Assembly: GCA_951406725.2 (NCBI GenBank)
Contig: OX597823.1
Location: forward strand, 37,262,001 to 37,326,000
Length of the DNA stretch: 64,000 nt
DNA from: Octopus vulgaris
Taxonomy: Eukaryota
Direction: 5' to 3'
Under the pieces are notes generated by a model that worked only from the letters and a program-made list of their open reading frames with translations, was not told the DNA's origin and ran no database searches. The position numbers were made by a program, and so were the translations under genes. Below, in pieces: positions 11,110-23,334 of this stretch (within the stretch, counting starts at the first letter, position 1; each line of letters begins with the position of its first letter).

Positions 11110-12066
11110 TCTCTTGAAGAATTTCTCTCCAAGTTTTATGCAGTAATCTAAAAATATCTGGGTTTGAGGAAGCGTTCTTCGTCTTTCTGCGAATTGTCAT
11201 CCATGTCTGAACTGTATAATGCATCTATGTCTGAACTGTATAATGCAAAAAACAAACTACTGTTGTGACTCACAGCCATTTGAATTTGATCGCGTGACCA
11301 CTTGTGGAAGCTACGCTCGCCACCTGCAATAAGCTCCCCACCTGTATTCTCTCCTCCGTTTAGTGGGACGAGTAAATACAAGGTGACCCAGAATTTATGT
11401 GCTGCAGCCTCTGCAGCTCGTGCTGCAGCCTCTGCAGTTCGTGCAGCAGCAGTTGAGGAAGTATTTCTTTTTCGGTGTGCTGAACGTTGCTCTCTCGGCG
11501 GCTCGTTGCGCAGTAATATGTGCTAACCGATCACAACGCTTCACTTTCCCTTCTTCGCGCTGAAACCATCCTAAGTGCATTGATAGTAAAATGTAATTGG
11601 CAAAAATGTTGATCAAATTGACCGAATTAAGGATTTTAAATTTGGGGTAAGAATTTTGAAGTGGCTAGTTTAAATTGGAATAATTATGTGAAAAAGAGCG
11701 CTCACGTGAAAACAGGGGCAAATCGTAACTCGCAAATGAATACTGCTGGCAGTACCATGCAAGCAGTCGATAAGAGCTCGCCACAGCTGACAAAGTAAAG
11801 TATTGATTTTTTCCAGCTGGGTGTGTATCATGGTTTTTCGCTGGCTCAAACCAAATCCCAGGCGAATTGAGAGTAGTCTATTTATGTTGGGGGCGCGGAA
11901 TTTCGAGGAAAACATTATAAGAAAAGGTGTCCTAAGTCAAAGAGAGCACGCATGTCAAATTTGGTGAAATTCGATTGAAAATTGTAAAAGTAGAAGTGGT
12001 TCACACAAGACACACTCACACACACACATACACACACACAGACAACTTGCCTTTTAATATATAAGA
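11110..12066 (-). mobile_element. Helitron-like 5' segment
   Basis: Minus-strand start A|TCttatatattaaaaggcaagttgtctgtgtg, directly adjacent to the 3' end of the next Helitron; left boundary uncertain. Confidence 0.5.
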
Positions 12067-12068
12067 TA

Positions 12069-12581
12069 CTAGCAGTATCACCCGGCGTTGCTCGGGTTTG
12101 TAAGGGAAATAACTATATAAGCATTTTTAGTGAGTTATAGCAAAAACATGCATTAAAAATGGAATAAAAAATGATGGTAATTTTGGTGTCTTCAAGCCAT
12201 GAAGTCGTTGTTCTAAAAGAACGCTGGTCTCCTTGACAATGCTTTACGACGTTGATTTCCTTACACTCCCTTCCCCACAGCTTCACGAGGGAGGGAAGAA
12301 GGGGGAGAAGCAAACAGGTGCAGGTGTGACCATGGACGCCAACTCCGCCGCCATCGACACACGAAATAATATGCATTAAAATGGAATAAAAAATGATGTT
12401 AAATTATTTTTAAAATCGTAGACTCATCGTAGACGCGCGCTAATACCCAGACAGGCTCGATAAAAATCACGACTATAAGATACCCGAATTTGGTTAAACT
12501 GCACCGTAAAATGTGGGAGTAGTTAGGAATCTAAATCGAAGGGGACAGACACTCACACAACTACAGTTTTATATATATAGA
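12069..12581 (-). mobile_element. Complete non-autonomous Helitron
   Basis: Minus strand: 5' TCtatatatataaaac..., subterminal hairpin cccgagcaacgccggg, 3' CTAG, inserted between A and T. Confidence 0.85.
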
Positions 12582-13314
12582 TATATATATTTATTGTTAT
12601 TTTTACTTTTACTCTTATTCTTTTTTATCTTATCTTTATTTTATTTTTCATCGTGTATGCATTAATCTATATACCTAAAGAAGCAACTTAGAAGATAACA
12701 TTTATACCAATACACTTGCATATTAATGTATAAATTATTGACATCCATACTTGAATCGTGTATATATATACGTAAGCACATACGCACATACGAATACAAA
12801 CATGAGAATAAATTATATTTCACTTTTATTTTCTTTTATTCATTATCTTACTTTACTCTTATATATTATAACCCATTAGTCATGATTATTATTATTGTTG
12901 AATTAAAAATAAAGTAATAATTTTAACGCACACACACACATACATACGCACATAATAAACATGTCTATATATTCTGAGTATTCCAAGCATATTTTAATGC
13001 AATCCTTGTACACCCTGATGATTTTCCATACAAGGTATTTAAAATGCAAAAATATATATATATATATATGTTTTGTAATTTTGATGCTGTTTGTGAATTG
13101 AAACAATTGTAGGTGAATATGTTAATTAATAAATTAATTAGTATCCATTAGATCTCTCTGTTTTCTAACTTGAATATAATATTTGATACTTTATGATATT
13201 TTATATAATATATTCATTGAAGAAATATCTCTTCATAATATATATTAAACCAGTGATCTTGGATAAAAAATATTTCTATAAGAGGTTTAAATATCCTCAT
13301 TGTGACTATATATA

Positions 13315-13383
<69 letters not shown>

Positions 13384-13462
13384 TACATACAGACATACAC
13401 ACACATTCATTTTTACACATACCTATGTATATGTATAACATAAATAAAAGTGTGTGTGGTGT

Positions 13463-13541
<79 letters not shown>

Positions 13542-14104
13542 CTAAACAAAAGTAGATAAAAGATTATATATTTGTCTGTTATGCCTGTCAATATAACACG
13601 ATGTTGATATAGTTGCCACAGTATTTATTTTCATTTCAGATACAACCAAGATAGGGTGTAACACCTATGACTTAAAGAACAGTTTCACTGTAATGTATTT
13701 TATTATCTTTCTTTCATTTGAATCATAATATAACACGTTGATATGATTATCCCCATGGAACAAGTTGCGAGCACTGTGCGTGTCAATACTGTTATTCGGT
13801 TTCGAATTTCGGTTGAGTATTTTACTTAGAAAGTTTATCTTTTTGTGGGCGGAATTAATTAACCTTTTTGTAGAATTTTCTGCTTTCCATTCTCAATCTT
13901 AAGGAACGTATCTGAATGTTCCTAGAGACTGTCAATGCAAAAGAGATTAAAATCTTGGGAAAATGAGGCAGCGATACTGCTTCGATTCTCATTTCCAAAT
14001 AAACCACATGTGTTAAATAAGCCTTTCCCACCTCGAATACTTCCAGCAGAATCTGTATTTCTGTATAGGCGACAAGGGTGGATACGTGGAGTAATATAGT
14101 TCCA

Positions 14105-15255
14105 TATTACATTACATTACATTATATATCCCGTAGTCTGGTTGACCATAGGTGTATCCCTGATGACTTTGCGACCAGATCCCTCCACCCGTCTCTGTCT
14201 TTTGCCTCTCGCACTGCGTCTCTCATCTTTAGACTTATCCACTTACAGATGTTTTTTTCCACCCCTTTCTCTGTCTGCCTCTGTATCTGCCAACTTTGTT
14301 CCCTGAAGGATTGTTTTGGCCATCCCTGATGAGCAGTGACATGCCCAAACCATCTGACCTTTACTGTGACAAGAAGTTCTTCATAGGGCCATATTGCCGG
14401 CCTTATTCTTCTGCATCGGTCATAATCCTCTCAAGGAAGATGTTGAACAAGGTCGGCGAGAGCGGACAGCCTTGTCTTTCACTTGCTTCATCATTCAGAC
14501 TATCAATGGCATAAATGAGATTCGCGTTGATGTTATATAGCCTCATGGTCGACCTGAGTACCACATGCCACACCCTGTCAAATGTTTTTTGAAGTCCACA
14601 AACACATGAAAAAGATCTTGTTGATGGTAAGGATAGTGCTCACATAGAATTCTTAAATTAAAATTCTGTTCTATTGTGCTGCAAACCATCCTGAATCCTA
14701 CTTGCTCTTCTGCAATGATTCCTCTATTTGGGGTCTGAGTCTTTGCTTGGGTGGCATATCAAGCTAATAGTTCTGAGGTTCTGCACTAGCAATTGAGTCC
14801 AAGATGCGAGTCACTTGCTGTCTGCCAGATCTTATTACATATTACAAAGAGTGCATCCACCTTACCTGCACTACCTCAGCTGGAATGTTGTCCACCCCTG
14901 CTGTTTTACCTTTTTTCAATGGCTTAACCGCTTCCTCTACTTACTCTCTCAGAATGGGGAAGTTGTCTATGTCCGTTGTTGGTAGGACATTCAATTTATC
15001 AGTGTTCCCTTTTTGCTTCGTAGTGTATAGATCTGCGCAATACTCTGTCCAACGGGTCAGAATCTCTTGGTTATCAGTCAGTGGGTTTTCCTCTTTATTA
15101 AGTATTGTGCTGGGCCGTCCTTGCTTATCGCTTGTAAGTTCTTTGATCAGCTGATAAGCTTTCTTACTGTTGTTGTTCTTTTTTACATTTCCCTCAATGT
15201 CCCTACACTGTTCCTCTATCCATACTTTCTTGGCTTTTCTCGTGCTCCTTTTAAC
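14105..15255 (-). mobile_element. RTE-clade LINE remnant with internal deletions and (TAATG)n tail
   Basis: KAKKVWIEEQCRDIE...KAYQLIKEL...ILTRWTEYCADLY, GFRMVCSTIEQ, FDRVWH, RQGCPLSPTLFNIFLERI, DRDGWRDLV. Confidence 0.88.
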
Positions 15256-15378
15256 TGCAAGAAAGGATGACAAACAAAGTCGACCTCCGCGGAATTTGAA
15301 CTCACAATGTGAAGACGGACGAGATACCGTAAAGCCTTTTGCCCGGCGTTTTAACGATTCTGCCAGCTCACCACCCTC
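15256..15378 (-). mobile_element. SINE 5' half (ggcgagctggcagaa family)
   Basis: Minus strand: ggtggtgagctggcagaatcgttaaaacgccgggc...gagttcaaattccgcggaggtcgactttg. Confidence 0.8.
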
Positions 15379-15860
15379 TATATAATAATAATAATAACAA
15401 CAACAACAACAGCAACAAACATAACAGTAGAGTTTCTCTTCTTCGTGATGATTTTCTTTCATTTATTGCTATAATATTTGAGAGTGAAAATATTTTGGAG
15501 GTGAAATGAATTCAATGGTTTGTATTGTTTAGAAAGACATAAAGAACGGAAGAATTAAAGATATACACAAACAAACGAAGGCGAGAAAATAGAAAAAAAT
15601 ATATAAATAAATCCAGTTGAATTTACAACTATTTCCTGCAGTAGAGAGTATTTAAGCTGTGTAAGATTATCAGAAATTATGGCATCTATGTGACAGAAGC
15701 AGACTTCTGACATCTTAGGAATATCAATGTTTACAAACAGACAACCGCAGGTTTTCTGCGCCGGAAGCACACAAGCAAATATGTAAAACAGTTCTATTCA
15801 AAAGCATTATCTGGGCGGGGGGAATTATTTCAAGTAAGCTTTGTATTCTGTATTTGTGTT

Positions 15861-15934
<74 letters not shown>

Positions 15935-16311
15935 TTTGTGTGTGTGTAAAAGAGAGAGCGAGAGACTGAGAGAGAGAAAATACCAGCTAGTTCGTTTACC
16001 CACGCTCCCTCGTTTGTTTGTACATGAATTAATATATATACATGTTTATGTACATGTATATGTTCGTATCTGTATGTATAAAAACGTGCTTCTGTGTATA
16101 TGTATTTGTGTTTGCTTTTGTATGTGTGTGTGTGTGTGTATGTGTGTAAACATAAATACATGCACTAATATACATTTGTGTGTCTTATAATTATCTGTGT
16201 TTAAATAGATAGATAGATAAAAAGACAGACTATTAGATATTTTGCATAACAACATAACTTACTATTATGAGAGAGAGAGACAGACAGACAGAGACAGAGA
16301 GAGATAGAGAG

Positions 16312-16361
<50 letters not shown>

Positions 16362-17364
16362 TAAATTATTCAGGAGACGCGAAGCACGGTCCATGACCTT
16401 TAATAGTGCTCCCTGGCAAAGTAAGTGAATGAAGCTCAGCCTGAACGTCTGCATGTCAATGTCCGCAGAAAAACGTGGTGAAGACGAGAAAGTAGTCTTA
16501 GCCGAATACTTGAAACTAAAGGAAGTCCCCTGAAGGTACATAAGGAGCAGACGATTGTTTTAAATCTTGTGGTATAGTGTGTTACCTAACAAGAGACGAG
16601 ACTATTTTCATAAGAAATTTGTTTACAGAAATCCTGAATAATGCTACATGCTGTCAGCCCTTAGACAATTTGCATGCATTGACAATCCCTCGACTTGATC
16701 GTCAATGTTGCAGCGCCTGAGATTCTCCAATGAGCTTAAGAACAACATGTAAACCTTAAATGATGCCTGCCTTATAAACACTAAACATTGCTTATTACAC
16801 ACTAAATGCCGCCTGCCTTATATACATTCGAGCGTTGTCAGTTGGCATAATTAACGGCTTGTGAGGACGATTACAACCCAAGAATGTAGTGTAGGCTATG
16901 TTTAAGCTGACACTCGCATTTACAGAAAATAGGAAAATATAATTTTAATAATCGACTGATATTTCCTTTCCCTGGGTGTACAATCCTGTTTCAGCGATTT
17001 GATACACTTTCCATAAAATTTGCTTTCAGTCTCTTCAGTATTATTGTTTGAGTAGTATATCAGATTTTATTTTTAAGCGTTTCTCTGTACACATGTACTG
17101 TTCTTTGGATTTATGTTGAATTTCATTTGCAAATAGCCATTTAGGTTAGTTACTGAGAGTTAACATTTCCACCGAGAAAAGCTAATAAATCTAAAATGTC
17201 TGGAATTTTCTATCGTTCTTACCGGTAAAATGAAATAAATATTAATAGACATCGACTTATATAATTTCTTTCTCTTACCTCATCTTCGATCCTTTTTCAA
17301 CCTCATAATGTTCTATACATTGCATGTGCTTTCCGCCATTTGATAGTTATTTCAATATTTTTGT

Positions 17365-17490
17365 TTAGCCGAGGTCGACTTTGTCTTTCAACTTTTCGGG
17401 GTCGATAAAATAAATTGAGAACTGAGGTCGATGCAATCGACTTACCCCCTCACCCGAGAATGCTGACCTTGTGCCAAAATTTGAAAGCGA
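17365..17490 (+). mobile_element. SINE 3' half (same family)
   Basis: gccgaggtcgactttgtctttca...ggggtcgataaaata...ccttgtgccaaaatttgaaa. Confidence 0.75.
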
Positions 17491-17869
17491 TATTTTGTGG
17501 CTATTACATGAGTTTTACTGAAATAAGTGGAAACGACTCAACAAAATGAAAGTAATAAACCTCAACTCAAAGATTTTTCAATTCTTACTTTCTGTTTCAG
17601 TTTCTTTTCCCAATTCCTCAGCAATAAAGCTTTTAACATCAAATTTTTTAGAAGCTAAAATAAATGAAAATCCGTAACTATATGAAAGTTTCAAAGCATT
17701 TTTTAATCAGAAAACATAGAAGTAGGTGTATATAAATGTTAAATTCACGGTTAATGTTTTAATGTAAACTAGCTCCCTGTGGACAATAATGAAATAAATA
17801 TTTCAATGTAAACATTATTACAGTTTCTTTCAGTTTCCGGTAATCAAATCCACTTGCAAGGATTTAGTT

Positions 17870-19478
17870 AGTGAATTTGGTAGGGTTAGGAGGATTTTAT
17901 AGAGACAACGAGCAAAGATTTCAATCTGCTAAAGTGGGCCTCTAAAGAATTGTGATGAATCTTATTTCAAACAAACACTGTTTCAGATTGAAAGTGAGCT
18001 GAACTACTCTCATGAGAAGGAGAGGGCAGAGAAAGAAGCCAGGGCTGTAAACAATGCAAAGACAAACCCTAAAGCCTTCTATAAGTTTGGAGAGTCTGCT
18101 TCGGTACGGCACAAGATAGGGCCACTGTTCTAAGAAAATGGCTCACCGACTGAAGACGCCTAAATGGTAAATGAAATACTGAATGTGCAATACAAGTGCT
18201 TTCACAACTCCGTTGGGACACCTACAAATAGTTATGCCTGATGAGGCCTTCGGCACCACAGGTCTACACAAAAAGATGATGACTATTAATTACATAGAAA
18301 TAGAGGAAATTGATTAAATATCAGCCATTGATGGAATGAGCTTAAACTCATCCACAGGCCCTGATTGATTTCCAGCAATGCTCTTAAAGAAATGCAAAAG
18401 GGCTCTAACAAGGCCACTACAGATCCTCTTCCAAAGCTTTCTTGCAACTGGAAGACTTCCCAGAAAGTTAAAGGAAGGCGTAATATGTCCTATCCACAGA
18501 CAGCAACACTTACAAGCTATGACAATGGCACAAAAGTAGTACAAGCAGTCAAGGAACTTCTCGATGCTAATTTGCTACAGAAAGACCTAGATTCCATATG
18601 TAAATGGGATGAAGAAAACAACATGCAATTTAATGCCTGAAAATTCCAGCCCTCTGCTATCAGCTAGTTTATACTAACATTCCGCGATAACGATACTTTG
18701 AACTAAAAGAGCGGCAATCCCAGAGTCAAGTACGTGATCTGGGGTTTGGTATGAACAACAACACCTCATTTCACATATCCTCACAAGGGTGGCAATGTGC
18801 AGGCGAATGGCCGGATGGATTCGGAGAACTTTCAGAGCACGGAATAAAAAAAAACTATGCTGGTTCTATGGAGGACATTTGTACTCAACCGTTTGGACTA
18901 TTGCTCTCAATTGTGGGTCACCCTATAGTGTCAAATTAATAGAGGAATTTGAGGAAGTTCAGCGGTACTACACCAGGAAGATTACATCAATAAAACAGCT
19001 GAGCTACTGGGAGAGATTGAAAGAGCTACGACTCTACCCATATTTATCCCCTGAAGATGGGATAGATATGCAGTGATATACGCATGGAAGATCGTGGAGG
19101 GGTTGACACCAAACTTGATATCGAGACCTCGAATTAGATGTCACTGCATGGTTCCAAAGGTCCAACCCATCCCATCTAGTGTGAAGACCATGTACTGCAA
19201 TAGGTTGGGATTCAAGGGCTTACGTCTATTTAATTCCTTACCAGAACATATGAGAGATTTGCCTCGATACCTTCAAGAAACAACTTGACTGCCTGCTATC
19301 CACTGTCCAAGATATGCTTACATCACCGCAAGAACCTCAAAAGAGGGTAACAATATAGAACTTCCTCCTTCACCAAAAGCCAAAGACGTAAGGATGACCA
19401 CTGAAATGGTGATAATACTGGAAGTGTTCCAGCATGGCCACAGCCTTTGGGCTGAAACGTTTAAAAGAAAAAAGAATA
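17870..19478 (+). mobile_element. Second CR1-group LINE copy, RT core deleted
   Basis: Colinear with 270-1913 (SAIDGMSLNSSTGPD, RPLQILFQSFLATG, MQFNA, LSYWERLKEL) but jumps at about 18495 to the YADD-like region. Confidence 0.88.
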
Positions 19479-19711
19479 CAAATATAAACACTATATGTGC
19501 ATATATATATATATATGTAGGTATATGAGTGTATGTGTGTGTGTGTGTGTGTGCGTGTGTGTGCGTGTGTGTGCGTGTGTGTGCGTGTGCCTGTATACCG
19601 ATATACATACACACATACCCTTTTGCAAGCATTCAGCCAAGTACTCGATTTGAATCAAACTTCCCTGTTTCCTTCAATGTATCTTGGAGGTTTTGAGAAG
19701 GGCTATAGATG

Positions 19712-20400
19712 TTACCTTTCCTTCTTTCGCGGTACATATTTTCCTTTCATGGAAACAGAGTCTGCATCACCATTCACATGCACTCTCATGTTTAGCTTCT
19801 GGAAATATTGCCATAGGTAGGATGACTTGATGCAAGCGTTAACTTCGTCAACTCTAGTGCCTCTAGTGATTACAGGCAATGACTGTCGCAAATCGTCAGC
19901 CATCAGTGCCATCGCTCCATCCATTACGCGTGAATTTCGACGCAAGTCTTTGGGAGTTCGGTCTAGAGCCTAAAAGGCCGCCTTGTGACTCACTGTAGCC
20001 TCGTCCCAAATGATTAGACAACAATCACAAAGAAGTTTTCGTTTTGAGTCGCCATTTTGCATGTAGGATTCTCCTTCTTTGCAAGGTCCCTAGGTAATTG
20101 GAATGCGGAGTGTGCCGTACGACCGCCATGTAACAGTGTTACCGCAATACCACTTCACTTAAGGCGACCGCTAAAGCAATCTGCCTGTCTTTCCGCAGCT
20201 TCGCAAGCAGTAAGTTGATGAGAAAGGTTTTCCTGTTCCAGCTGGAGCATTCAAGAAGAGTCGCCCTTCATTTAAATTGACACTGGCAAGAATTCTGTCA
20301 TACGCCCGTCTCTGCTCAGGCGAAAGTCGGGGTTCATCTTGAGCAACCTGATCTGTCAATTCCTCGATGTTGTAATTCACCTCATTTGGCTGTTATTTCT
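19712..20400 (-). mobile_element. Helitron Pif1-type helicase fragment (motifs I-III)
   Basis: LSPEQRRAYDRI...FLNAPAGTGK, VTLLHGGRTAHSAFQLP, LIIWDEA, DLRQSLPVITRGTR.DEVNACIKSSYLW. Confidence 0.9.
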
Positions 20401-20437
20401 AGGAAGTTAATTGCCACGTAGAGGAATACATGCGGCC

Positions 20438-21602
20438 GTCAACGCTTTCTCTCTATAGACACAGACAGACGTAAAGAGAGAAAGGCAGTGGGAGAAAGAG
20501 TGACAGAGAGACGGTGAAGACGGAGAGGGGAAGAGAGAGAGAGTGGAAACTGTCAAACGTCGTTATAGATAGAAAATGGAGGAAAGGGAGCAAAGAGAGA
20601 GATCGAGGAAGAAAGGGTGATTGCCGAAAGAGAGAAACGACAAACACTAGTCAAAGTCCGTTTAAAGACGAGGAATTTTGCCTTTCAATGGAGCAAACTG
20701 AAATTTGTCATGCATACTCGCCAATACATTCCCCATAGGCTTGCAAATCTTCAGCTCAATCCGACCACGTTTACTAAGACTTTACCTGCACAACAGTATG
20801 CATGACAATTTTCAGTTTGCTCAATTGGAAGGCGTTACCGTTAGGGCAAAATTCCTCGTCTTTAAACGGACTTTGACAAGCATTTGTCGTTTCTCTCTTT
20901 TGGATATCACCCTGTCTTCCTCGATCTCTCTCTTTCATCATTTCCCCCACTTTCTATTTAGAACGACATTTGACAGCTTCCACTCCTTCTCTGTACATCT
21001 GTACACATGAGGCAAAGTCCGCCCTTTTCACAAGTATATAAAATATATAATAGAAGGTGTGGTTAGAGAACAAGCAGACACACAATCCTAAAACTAATAA
21101 TAATTCACCATTGTAAAAGCCCTGTGGCGGGAATATTTAAACTTCAAGAGAGTGAAATGTATTTTCGACGCAGTATAATTATTTACTATTTTATTCCTCT
21201 CTATTAAACACACTTGCGACTGTCAACGCTTTCTTTTTATAGATACAGACAGATGTACAGAGAAGGAGTTGAAGCTGTCAAATGTCGTTCTAAATAGAAA
21301 GTGGGGGAAATGATGAAAGAGATAGATCGAGGAAGACAGGGTGATATCCAAAAGAGAGAAACGACAAATGCTTGTCAAAGTCCGTTTAAAGACGAGGAAT
21401 TTTGCCCTAACGGTAACGCCTTCCAATTGAGCAAACTGAAAATTGTCATGCATACTCGCCAGCACTTTCCACATAGGCGTGCAAATCTTCAGCTCAATCC
21501 GACCACGTTTACTAAGACTTTACTTGCACAACTACACATGAGTATATAAAATATGTAATAGAAGGTGTGGTTAGAGAACAAGCAGGCACACAATCCTAAA
21601 CT
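20438..21602. repeat. Tandem duplication with an inverted templated insert
   Basis: Units 20438-21094 and 21222-21602; 20795-21002 is the reverse complement of about 21249-21456. Confidence 0.9.
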
Positions 21603-21747
21603 CACTGACAAGTTTCTCATAGACAAAAATCAACGTAAGCATACGAAGCACGTGACTCGCACATACACACACTGGCACACATAGATATACCCTTGAAATC
21701 GCACACCTAGAAGATGTCTACACTGTTGAAACCCACATATATGTGCC

Positions 21748-21779
<32 letters not shown>

Positions 21780-22389
21780 AAACATAAACGAAACGTATAT
21801 GTCACATACACCAACTGCAAATGCGCTCACTCACAAAACAGCTATCTGCACAATATACACACATATACACAATATTTGTTCTGATATGCAACATATTTAC
21901 AGGGTATGCATGCATAAATAAATACATACATACATACATACATACATACATACATACATAGTATGTTTATATACATATGTGTGTATGTGTGTGATTTTAT
22001 ATACATCTATAAGACTCGTATTTGTACTGATCAGAAACAAACACACATTTACAAAATAACACCACTCACGTACACACTGATACACACTCGCGCGCGTGCA
22101 GAATGAATATAACATGTAATCTATTAATTCCTGTTTACGCAGTTATTTTTGCTGTGTTTTGTGCTCCGCAAACCTAATTCGTTACATTCAATTGATGAGT
22201 GATCAGAAAAGAAGAAAAACACCTTAATACTGTGTCGCTGCAGATAGATTTTACTAACAGTAGAACGATACAAATAACACATCATCAAACACAAATACCC
22301 CGATGGGCTATGGTATTTTTGAAAAAAAAAAACATTAATAAACTACTTTATTAAGAACTGCTCGTAGAAACGCCCACATCTAACCAGAA

Positions 22390-22965
22390 TTTAGGAAAGA
22401 GGTCGGCGTTTACCGTCAATGAACTGATTGGTGATACACAAATCCCAATCAAATCTATCCACGACAACCTCCACCTCATACGATTCATTGTAAACAGGGT
22501 GGGTAAAAAGGGCCCTAATCAGTTTGGCTAAATCAAAAGCCTTTAACATGTTCGACTACTAATAATTGGCGGCAGTTATCACGGCGGCCGACTTCGGTCC
22601 ATTTTTCCGCGGCTAGATCGCCGCAATGTGCAGCAACATCAGCTCAGTAGTTCGGGTGAATGGCTACCTATCGGAACCGTTCAGTATCATGCGCTCTGTC
22701 CATCAAGGGTGTCCAATCTCGTGTCTTTCGCATGTGCTGGTTCTAGTGCTACTACTTCGGATATTGGACGCGTTTAGTGGCATCCCACGCGAACTTGGAT
22801 GTGGGAGAATCGTATCGGCATACACAGACGACGTCACCGTCATAACATCGAACACCAGGCACATAGAGCTGGTCGGTACTTGCTCCAAAAGTATACGAGG
22901 CGGTGACAGAAGCAAGAATTAACAAATAAAAGTCAGTGGACCTGCAACTCGACACCTGGAGAGCT
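22390..22965 (+). mobile_element. Tx1/L1-clade LINE RT fragment
   Basis: SIHDNLHLIR, VVRVNGYLSEPFSIMRSVHQGCP, VSAYTDDVTV. Confidence 0.85.
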
Positions 22966-23334
22966 CTTGGTCAGTTCTTTAATACCAAGTACGAAGATTG
23001 CGTTGTCAGAGCTCGGGCGCGTGCTCTAAGACACGAAAACCGTTTGATGGGCCCTGATATGGTAACAAAGCCACAATTTAGTCTTTGACGGGCCGGGACG
23101 GATGCATGCTATTCGAATCCAAACAGTTGTGTGCGGAATTGCCGAACTGCACGGAGCGCGCGGTGAGTCGGAGACGGGGGTAGATATTACGGCGACATCG
23201 TCCGCATAATCTGACACTAATCTACATCCTAGTTCACACGGCCAGAGATGCAGAGTTATGCGAAATGCTAATAACAACCAAATACATTTGGCACGTGATG
23301 ACATGCTGCACAAGGGAGATGTCTCTTAGTCTCG

